NCBI GenBank assembly: GCA_017416425.1
Contig: JAFQCL010000001.1
Location: 14,291-78,290, forward strand
Length of the DNA: 64,000 nucleotides
Origin: Clostridia bacterium
GTDB taxonomy: Bacteria; Bacillota; Clostridia; Christensenellales; CAG-138
Direction: 5' to 3'
Shown: piece after piece, positions 28,463-36,309 of the stretch
How positions within the stretch are numbered: the stretch's first letter is position 1
Layout: each line of letters starts with the position of its first letter
Notes under the pieces: generated by a model
Told to the model about the DNA's origin: nothing
The model's input: only the letters and a program-made list of their open reading frames with translations
The model's database searches: none
Made by a program: the position numbers and the translations under genes

Positions 28463-29803
28463 ATGAAACGACTATTCAGTATTTTTCTTTCTTTGCTTCT
28501 ACTGTTGTCCATTTTTTCGATAACAGCATTTGCGGCAGAGGAAAACGATATATCAAAATTTGAACTCCCTACACCCAAAGCTCCCAACCACTTCGTATTC
28601 ACCGACGGCGATGCAAAAGAAGGACATCATGATGATTTGAGGATGATCATGGTCGCCGATCCCGAAGTAGCGCTGCTTGCGGCAGAGTACAACCGCGACA
28701 GCGAAGCATTCCGTGAAAAATACGGGCTCTATTACTTTGAGATCGCCATGCAGTACGACGTATCGCTGGACAATGAGGAAAACTGGCAGCACAACGAGGA
28801 GTGGGATACCCAATATTACAACGACGGCATAGGACAAGGTTATCCTTATACAATCATCCGTTCGGAGATGATGGAGGATTTTGAGTTCTTCTGGCTGACC
28901 TATTATGAAGGATCCGATTCTAACACCTTTGTTCCCTACAAGCCCGCTATCCTTACCGAGAAGTTCGTGGGTGACGGCTACGAGAGTGACGTCTACTCCT
29001 TCGACGTGGAAAATCACAGCCTTTACATCCGTTGCCGCTACTATATGGAGTGGGAAACCTTTGATGCCGAAAAAAACGAGATCGGCTCCAAACAGAGCAA
29101 GTTCTCCGACTGGTCGGAAAGTGCAATTTTCGGTAAGAACACCACACAGATCGTTCCCGAAGAACCTACCACATATGAAGCACCCATTATCTCTGATTTG
29201 AAGATCGTTCTTTCTGAAGGCGATGAAAACAGCCATCTGGAATACGTACAGACCACACCCGAATCGGTTTGGCTGGCAAACGTGTATTACTATATGAAGG
29301 ATGAAGGTCAGTTCGATGGTCTTGAAACCCAGGTCAGCATTGACGGCGGCGAGTGGATAGAGTTTGACACGGCAGATGCGGGCGGCGACTGGTGCTTATG
29401 GAATGGCAGCAGAAGCGCATTCAATTTCGATGTTCCCATTGAAGAAAACAGTAACGTTAAGCTCCGCATCCGCTTCACCGGCACTCACGGCCCTTCCGAA
29501 TGGTCGAACGTGCTTGAATTGGGCGGCGGCGGCACACAGGAGATCCCCGGCCAAACGGATGAGCCTACGGACGAAAAGCCGCCCGTGGATGAACCGAATG
29601 AGGACAAATGCTCCCTCTGCGGCTTTTGTCCTGTACCTCTCGGACTGTGCATCTTCATTTGGATCGCTATTGCGCTAGCGGTCATTCTGATTGTTGTTAT
29701 CATCATCGTGATAGCAACCAAAAAGAAGAAATGCCCGAGCTGCAAGACCAAATACGGTAAAAAGGACAAATGCTGCCCAAGTTGCGGTCAGCGACTGAAA
29801 TAA
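28463..29803 (+). CDS. Type I membrane protein: signal peptide, ~370-aa ectodomain, TM helix, cytosolic zinc ribbon
   Basis: Signal peptide ending AFA-AE. TM segment LCIFIWIAIALAVILIVVIIIVIA. Tail KKKKCPSCKTKYGKKDKCCPSCGQRLK. Confidence 0.8.
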   Translation: MKRLFSIFLSLLLLLSIFSITAFAAEENDISKFELPTPKAPNHFVFTDGDAKEGHHDDLRMIMVADPEVALLAAEYNRDSEAFREKYGLYYFEIAMQYDVSLDNEENWQHNEEWDTQYYNDGIGQGYPYTIIRSEMMEDFEFFWLTYYEGSDSNTFVPYKPAILTEKFVGDGYESDVYSFDVENHSLYIRCRYYMEWETFDAEKNEIGSKQSKFSDWSESAIFGKNTTQIVPEEPTTYEAPIISDLKIVLSEGDENSHLEYVQTTPESVWLANVYYYMKDEGQFDGLETQVSIDGGEWIEFDTADAGGDWCLWNGSRSAFNFDVPIEENSNVKLRIRFTGTHGPSEWSNVLELGGGGTQEIPGQTDEPTDEKPPVDEPNEDKCSLCGFCPVPLGLCIFIWIAIALAVILIVVIIIVIATKKKKCPSCKTKYGKKDKCCPSCGQRLK

Positions 29804-29823
29804 CGAAGAAGGAGGAAATTACA

Positions 29824-30442
29824 ATGAAAAAAATTATTTGCTCTTTTATTGGCTATGATGCTGGTATTCAGCCTTGCCGCTTGCGGCAATAGAGACAAAC
29901 CCGATCCTTCGGGCGTAGAGGAACCCCAAGCTTCGCAGCAGCCTCAAACGGATACCCCTGAGCCCGATATTTCCAATGATGCTGGTCAGTAACCGGGCGA
30001 TGAGATGACAATTTCACAGTTCCTTGATGTCTACGGTCTAAGCGAGGATGACCTTAAGCCGGAAAACTTCAAGGAGTTTGGAGAGTTTAATCTGATGGGC
30101 AAGGCAGGCGGAATGTCAAGCATGGGAACTATCGAGGTCAAGGTCGATAAGGAGCAGACCACAGAGGAAGACATGATTGCATGGTATGGCGAGCTGTTCG
30201 GCAAATTGGCAAGCCTATCCGACACAGGCAAGTTATATGAGGATATGCAGGGCGGCATCGAACTTGCAGACGCAGAGGCCGCGATCGACGCAGCGAACAC
30301 CATCACGAGTTTGCCGGCATTTGAATGCTTTTACCCATATCCATTGCCTGATGGCAGAGGTTTTATTCAGCTTAGCGCAAGCTATGTCCCGGAGAGCGGA
30401 GCTTATACCGTGCTTATCTGGGTTGCGGGCTTTATAAGGTAA
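29824..30442 (+). pseudogene. Disrupted paralog of the 27826 lipoprotein (A7 frameshift plus in-frame TAA)
   Basis: ATG 29824 is followed by A7, whereas the intact paralog at 27244 has A6. This puts the lipoprotein signal KKLFALLLAMMLVFSLAACGNRDKPDPSG in the +1 frame. That frame hits TAA at 29990-29992 and then continues as the tracked ORF 30005..30442, which is homologous to the mature part of the 27826 product. Confidence 0.6.
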
Positions 30443-30552
30443 CGACCCTGTCTGCATTAAAGCGGGCATTGAGCCTAATCCCAATTTTACGGTGTAAGCT
30501 TTCAGAGATTACGGCTCAAAAGCACCTGAAAATAAATATTTAGGAGGATAAC

Positions 30553-31569
30553 ATGATGAAAAAAATTATTGTGGTTTTGATAGCGGTAATGATGATTCTT
30601 GCCCTTCCCGCTTGCGGAAGCCTTGAAAAAGTATTGGGAAGCTTACTGCCTCCGCCCTCTGATGACCCGGGAGTGCATTCCGGTCCGGGTAATGAGGATG
30701 AGACGGGAGGAAAAAAGAGTACCCCGGAAGAACGAGAGCAGGCTCTGGCGAATTTGGACAATTATTGGGATAAACTGCGCCTTGAATGGGAATGGGATCA
30801 GGAGGATGCAGAGGGCTATGTCTGGACGATAACCATAGATGAGGTTGCTGTGATCGATATGGTTGGACTTGCAACCGTAACATATGATCTTGACCTGTCA
30901 TGCTCCCATGTGGGACCTACTATGAACGGCGTATACTGCGGAGAATTGGGTATGGAGTATGAAGCGGATCTTAGCGGAGCGATGGCGCTTGCCACCCTTG
31001 CGGGAGGTACGGCCTCATATGATGCGGACGGTTGGTTTGTAAATGATCAGTTTGTGATGAGACTGGTAGAGTATGATGATTTGGTCGAGCACCAGTTTGA
31101 TGCATCCATAACCGCAGGCGCATATCCAGACCTCAGCGCTGAAGAGCAGGAATTCGCCCAAGCTTTTCTTGAGGGACTTCTTGGGGATGTAGGCTCTGGA
31201 GATGAGGATTTTGAGCTTGCAGCTTCTCCTGCATACACATGGTACGATTGGGACACCCATATGACAGCCGGTGATATGTCCGGTTATGTCCAGATGAATG
31301 GGATAGTCGGAGGCGTTGCCAGCGCTTCAGGAGGAGTGGATTCCAGCGGAACTCATAGTCAGGGCGATGCGTACGCCAGTATATTTGGGATGACCTTCAC
31401 CGAGAGATATGATGAGACTATTACAAATCCTTTCCCATACGCTCTTAGAGTTTATGAAACGGGTCAAGTGGTATTTGAGCTCTATTCCTCTACCGGAGGT
31501 CCCATTACGGTGAAATTTTACGGCACTATCGACAGAGTTCCCGTTGAGGATACTCAGATCGTCCCCTAA
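30553..31569 (+). CDS. Lipoprotein, unknown function
   Basis: AGGAGG RBS. MMKKIIVVLIAVMMILALPACG. 338 aa. Confidence 0.8.
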   Translation: MMKKIIVVLIAVMMILALPACGSLEKVLGSLLPPPSDDPGVHSGPGNEDETGGKKSTPEEREQALANLDNYWDKLRLEWEWDQEDAEGYVWTITIDEVAVIDMVGLATVTYDLDLSCSHVGPTMNGVYCGELGMEYEADLSGAMALATLAGGTASYDADGWFVNDQFVMRLVEYDDLVEHQFDASITAGAYPDLSAEEQEFAQAFLEGLLGDVGSGDEDFELAASPAYTWYDWDTHMTAGDMSGYVQMNGIVGGVASASGGVDSSGTHSQGDAYASIFGMTFTERYDETITNPFPYALRVYETGQVVFELYSSTGGPITVKFYGTIDRVPVEDTQIVP

Positions 31570-31649
31570 AGCACAACCTTACTACAGCGCTTATATAAAA
31601 AAGACGCTTTAAAACTGGTTGATTAATAATTTAATAAGGAGAACAAAAA

Positions 31650-32606
31650 ATGAAAAAGATATTAGCTTTATTACTTGTAGCAATGATGTTATTTGCATTT
31701 GCCGCTTGCAGCGATATTGAGAACCCCAAAACCTCACAGCAGCCTGATCAGTCTGCTGATCCTGACAAGACCGCAGCTCCCAATACCGGAAATGAGGCGT
31801 CAAACGGCTTGCCCTCCGGAGACAGCTATGCTGAAGCTTATACCTTCTATTCCGGATTGGTAGATAAGCTTGGCTCCACCATTTCCAATATAGTGGATAA
31901 CAACAACGCACGCCTTGAGGAAGAACAGCCCGATACATATTTTGATGATCCCAGCTACATGATCATCATATATATGCCGTTTTTATCTATAGATATGGCC
32001 TTTACCTCAAGTGTCAGCGAAACGGTTGACCCTGCAAGCATAGTGATGGCTTACTCCTTTATGGGCATTGAGGACGCGGAATTTACCATCACATCTCCGG
32101 GCAATTACAAGATCAGCTACACCTCGGAGGACTGGGAAACCGGTGAAGCGGAAAGCGTAGAGGAGCTAATGCGCTATGATAACGGCTCTATCCGCTATGA
32201 ACAGCGTATAAACGGCGAGTTGGACGAGTATTATGAGTTTGTTGCGCTTGGCCAAGACCGTTATGCGCTTCAAAGCAAGACCAATCGTGCGATCGTGACA
32301 TATAAGGATGGCAAGATCACCGAGGTACTTCATAGCTGGACTAAGTACGAGGAGGACTGGGAAACCGGTGAACTCACCGAATGGTCGGTTTGGTATGATC
32401 CGGAGGCAGACTCCATATGGGGCAAGAGCGGCATAGATGAAAGCTGGGTACTGGAGCTTGAAAGTGAAGGGGCACTGGAGCGTATATACGAGCTAAAGGA
32501 TGGCGTTTTGACCATTTCAGGTCAGACAAGCAATACCGATTGGGAGACCGGAGTGACTACTTTTGAACCCATGGAACCTGTCATTATAGCTCCGCGTGAA
32601 GAATAA
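31650..32606 (+). CDS. Lipoprotein with repeated DWETG motif
   Basis: AAGGAG RBS. MKKILALLLVAMMLFAFAACS. Three DWETG(E/V) motifs. Confidence 0.8.
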   Translation: MKKILALLLVAMMLFAFAACSDIENPKTSQQPDQSADPDKTAAPNTGNEASNGLPSGDSYAEAYTFYSGLVDKLGSTISNIVDNNNARLEEEQPDTYFDDPSYMIIIYMPFLSIDMAFTSSVSETVDPASIVMAYSFMGIEDAEFTITSPGNYKISYTSEDWETGEAESVEELMRYDNGSIRYEQRINGELDEYYEFVALGQDRYALQSKTNRAIVTYKDGKITEVLHSWTKYEEDWETGELTEWSVWYDPEADSIWGKSGIDESWVLELESEGALERIYELKDGVLTISGQTSNTDWETGVTTFEPMEPVIIAPREE

Positions 32607-32741
32607 GCTCAAAAGGCAGCAAGTATTGTAAAAAGAAGCGGATTTGGCCTGAAGGAGTTACAATATCCGCTTCGCTCATAGCCTGCTTCACGGCATAGCC
32701 GTGTGCATAATAAAAATATAAAATATTTGGAGGAAAATGAA

Positions 32742-33164
32742 ATGAAAAAATTTTTAGCCCTGGCACTGGTTCTTATTACCCTTATGACGATATTTGCTTT
32801 TACCGCCTGCGGTAATGCGAATCAAAGAGCGCTCATTGGCACATGGCAGATAGTGGATGAAGAGACTGCCACTGAATATGGTATAGGACTGGAATTTACT
32901 TCCGATGGAAAACTTCGCTATGGCCTTACTGAAGACGTTCTCGCGGGAATAAGCGGCGAAGAAGATGCAGGGAATGAATTTAGCGATGTGATGGAAGGTC
33001 TTGACGCTTTGATGTCCATTGATTATAAGGTCATAAGCGATACCGAGATGGAAATCACCGTCAGCGCGATGTTCGGCCTTGCAAAGGAAACTACTACAGT
33101 ATCTTACTCCCTTGAGGGTGATACCTTGACTTTTGACGGTGCGGTCTATACTCGTGTTAAATGA
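32742..33164 (+). CDS. Small lipoprotein, lipocalin-like (DUF5640-like)
   Basis: ATG 32742 after GGAGGAAAA. Lipobox FTACG. LIGTWQ...LEFTSDGKL...GDTLTFDGAVYTR pattern. Confidence 0.75.
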   Translation: MKKFLALALVLITLMTIFAFTACGNANQRALIGTWQIVDEETATEYGIGLEFTSDGKLRYGLTEDVLAGISGEEDAGNEFSDVMEGLDALMSIDYKVISDTEMEITVSAMFGLAKETTTVSYSLEGDTLTFDGAVYTRVK

Positions 33165-33231
33165 TCGGACTAAGCGGCTTAATTGTCGTTAATGCCAAAG
33201 CGTAAGTACAAAAAGGGAGGATTGATATAAG

Positions 33232-33927
33232 ATGAAGCGAATATTTACGTTACTGCTTGCATTTATTATGCTGGTTTCGCTTTCCGCATGCGGCAATATC
33301 ATGATTTTTCTTCAAAATCCTGAAGTAAGCGGCTCGTTTGAAACTGCTCCAAACGAAAGTATTTCAGAAACTGATAATTACAGTAAAGAAACCGCAAACG
33401 GGATACTTAATACGCCTGAAGCATCTTTGCCGGAGTTGCAGTCTCCCTCTTTGGATCCAACGGATCATATTGAGGATCCTCAACAAACGCCAACCGATGA
33501 ACCTGATACGCTTTGGGATAAACTCTTGGGCTGTTGGTCATCGACAGATGGAGAAAGGTTTGTTTATTTCCTCTATAGTGGTGGGGAACCCGCGTTTTTA
33601 AGTGGGCTCTGGGGGAATCCGATCCCTTATAGACGCGATGCGGGAACGCTTTCCTCCCCTGTTGATTTTGGCGGCGGCTTTTATACCATTTCGCTTACAT
33701 ATCCGCCGGTCTCAGAGGACGCGGCGGATGCGCAGGAACTTGAGCCGCTTCTTTACACACTGGCAATTGATATTTCCGAAATTGAAAACGGCAAAATCCG
33801 TGTTGAAGCGCCGGAAGATATATGGCGTGATTACACTTATGCTGGCGCTGATTACGACACGGCCTATGAGAATTCAGTTTGGGTAAATTACGCCTCATTT
33901 GACGAGATGCGTCTATTATGGTACTAA
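33232..33927 (+). CDS. Lipoprotein, unknown function
   Basis: AGGGAGG RBS. MKRIFTLLLAFIMLVSLSACG. 231 aa. Confidence 0.75.
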   Translation: MKRIFTLLLAFIMLVSLSACGNIMIFLQNPEVSGSFETAPNESISETDNYSKETANGILNTPEASLPELQSPSLDPTDHIEDPQQTPTDEPDTLWDKLLGCWSSTDGERFVYFLYSGGEPAFLSGLWGNPIPYRRDAGTLSSPVDFGGGFYTISLTYPPVSEDAADAQELEPLLYTLAIDISEIENGKIRVEAPEDIWRDYTYAGADYDTAYENSVWVNYASFDEMRLLWY

Positions 33928-34286
33928 ATGGATGGTAGTGGCTGAATGAAGAGGAAGGCAGAATAATTACGTTCACCCAAGACGAGAGTGAGCTTCTCTT
34001 TAGTGAAAGCATGCTTGACTCAGGCGGCGGGCGAGGTTTTGGAAGATTTGACAAGGCATTGTCCTTTAGCGATGAGACTCCCGTTATCTTCGTTGTTTAT
34101 TATCCTGCTATCGACGAAAGCGAACCAAAAGGGCCGCTTCCTCAAACAACAATACGTGTCTATGTTGATATTAACGATCTTTATACAAAAAAAGATTTGC
34201 AATCATGCTTGGTAAAGATGGCGAATGGATCAGGTACCATTTTGTTAATTAGGAGTGAGTAAAAACTCAAGGAGTAATGAATCGAT

Positions 34287-34520
34287 TTGAAAAAAGTATT
34301 GATATTTGCGCTTATGGGTATGCCGGTATTTGCCATTGTGGCATTAGGCGGAAACACTGATATACCATTTGCGAGCGATGATCTTGCTGTTTTTCAGAGC
34401 GACGCTTCAAGTACTATCTTAAAAACTGACGAGCCCACGGGCGATACGAAGATCACATGTGTTATGATAAGCGATTTGCAGACTGAAATTGCCGAAGATA
34501 ATGACGAAAATGAGTATTGA
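34287..34520 (+). pseudogene. Probable decayed lipoprotein paralog (TTG start, lipobox Cys replaced by Gly)
   Basis: Encodes MKKVLIFALMGMPVFAIVALGGNTDIPF. The aligned position of the family AACGNTD lipobox reads ALGGNTD (GGC instead of TGC). Truncated at 77 aa. Confidence 0.3.
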
Positions 34521-34840
34521 ATCAATATTGCATCTATCGTAAGCTTGTCCGGGATTAAGTCTGCGTCAGGTATATATGTTCGATATAGCCTAGGAAGCCG
34601 AGCGGTTTATAATGATGGTGAAACATCTATGACAAGCAGGATATCTATTGAAGGCGCTACAGTATATGAACAATGTGACATACACTTGAATGCAACGCTA
34701 TTTAGGTCGAGTCTAACTGTAAAATGGCGGATATTGAATACAATATTTCAGATGATCCTGCGGACTTTATTTGACTTTATAACTAAAATATGGTAAAATA
34801 AAAAACAATAAAAAATAATATAAGATAGTGAGGTGAGATT

Positions 34841-35455
34841 ATGGCAAGATTTTGTACAGAGTGCGGTAACCGAATAGAGGATGGCGTAGCATTCTGCACT
34901 GCGTGCGGAACTAAAGCTCCCATCGATAATGTTGCTGATACCGTGACTGTTCAGGCCGAAGCTACTATTACACAAAAGGTAGAAACACAGCCGGTTCAGA
35001 CGCCACCGCCGGTGCAGGCAGCGCAGCCGGTTCAAACGCCGCCACCGGTGCAGGCAGCACAGCCGGTTCAGACGCCGCCGCCGGTGCAGGCAGCGCAGCC
35101 GGTTCAAACGCCGCCACCGGTGCAGGCAGCACAGCCGGTTCAGGCAGCTGCGCCTATATACCACCAGCAACAGCAGGCTTATCAATCAACTGCGTCCGAA
35201 GAGGATGCAACCCGCAAGGTCGTAGGCACAGGGGCTTATTTTGGACTAATGTTTCTGTTTGGAATTCCGCTGATAGGCCTTATTGCATGCATAATTATGG
35301 CGTTTGCGCCAAAGAATCGTAATATCAAAAACTATGCTCGCGCAATGCTTATCTGGACGATCATAGGGCTTGTGCTGACAGGTGTTTTAGTTGCTCTCTT
35401 TGTAGCGTTTGCAGATAAGTTAGCGGATTATCTAAGTCAGATGATCTATTCATAA
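34841..35455 (+). CDS. N-terminal zinc-ribbon, Pro-rich repeat, TM membrane protein
   Basis: MARFCTECGNRIEDGVAFCTACGTKAP, then four QPVQTPPPVQAA repeats, then 2-3 TM helices. GAGGTGAG RBS. Confidence 0.8.
   Translation: MARFCTECGNRIEDGVAFCTACGTKAPIDNVADTVTVQAEATITQKVETQPVQTPPPVQAAQPVQTPPPVQAAQPVQTPPPVQAAQPVQTPPPVQAAQPVQAAAPIYHQQQQAYQSTASEEDATRKVVGTGAYFGLMFLFGIPLIGLIACIIMAFAPKNRNIKNYARAMLIWTIIGLVLTGVLVALFVAFADKLADYLSQMIYS
34988..35148. repeat. 36-bp in-frame tandem repeat, 4.5 copies
   Basis: Units at 34988, 35024, 35060 and 35096, plus a partial unit at 35132. Units 2 and 4 are identical. Units 1 and 3 differ at one base. Confidence 0.9.
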
Positions 35456-35568
35456 ATGGGCTTTTTTGGCTATTCTTTTAGCCTGATGGGCAGTTGAACA
35501 AAACATGTGCGTGTTTTTAAAACAGCGGTTTTAAAAAGCCGCATAAACAAAAATAGGAGGAAATTATT

Positions 35569-36105
35569 ATGGCATTTTGTGGAAAATGTGGAACTAAAGT
35601 GGAAGAAGGCGTAAAATTCTGCCCCGTCTGTGGTGGGCAGGTGGCGGCCTCCGCTCCTCAGCAGGAGGCAAGAACTGAGCAGGAAGGCTCTGCGGCAAAT
35701 CAAAACGGTTTCTCTGCAAAGGTATCATCGCTTAACAATACCGCTGATACAACGTCTGAGTTTGATGCAAGCGACATCACTCAGAACAAGTCAATGGCAG
35801 TTCTTGCATACTTGGGCCCTCTTTGCTTCATTCCGATGTTTGCGGCAAAGGAGTCAAAATTCGCACGCTTCCATGCTAATCAGGGACTGGTGCTTCTGAT
35901 TGCAGCCGTGGCATTAGGCATCGCATCGGCGATTCTCAATGCGATCATCCTTGCGATTTCGTGGAGACTGTACTTCCTTACAAGCATCATTTCCTGGGTT
36001 GTCTATATTGCCATTGGCATACTCATTATCCTTGGTATAGTAAACGCCGCAAACGGTAAGGCAAAAGAGCTGCCCGTAATCGGAAAGATCAAGATACTGA
36101 AGTAA
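35569..36105 (+). CDS. N-terminal zinc-ribbon plus DUF4870-like membrane protein
   Basis: MAFCGKCGTKVEEGVKFCPVCGGQV. Membrane module LAYLGPLCFIPMFAAKESKFARFHANQGLVLL plus two more TM helices. AGGAGG RBS. Confidence 0.8.
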   Translation: MAFCGKCGTKVEEGVKFCPVCGGQVAASAPQQEARTEQEGSAANQNGFSAKVSSLNNTADTTSEFDASDITQNKSMAVLAYLGPLCFIPMFAAKESKFARFHANQGLVLLIAAVALGIASAILNAIILAISWRLYFLTSIISWVVYIAIGILIILGIVNAANGKAKELPVIGKIKILK

Positions 36106-36126
36106 GCGTATATTAGCCCCAAAAAA

Positions 36127-36163
36127 GGCGGCGGCAGATGAATAACTTGCCTCCGCCTTTTTG
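36127..36163 (+). terminator. Rho-independent terminator closing the island
   Basis: ggcggcggcag/cttgcctccgcc stem (one mismatch) followed by T5. Confidence 0.6.
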
Positions 36164-36309
36164 TTTAATTATAAATTTATTAATTTGACAAACAAATCAG
36201 TTCGTTTTTGCCCAAACGTAAATGTGGTATTTTTCTCGGCCCCGCAGAATGTCAAGCATGTGCAAAGCAGCTGACATATAGCCTTTTAAGTTAAAGTGGT
36301 AGGTTTCTT

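Noticed and set aside
34988-35148. Possible CRISPR-like array, because of regular 36-bp repeats.
   Set aside because: The repeats are directly abutting with no spacers, are in frame inside a CDS, and encode a Pro-rich linker. No cas genes are present in the window.
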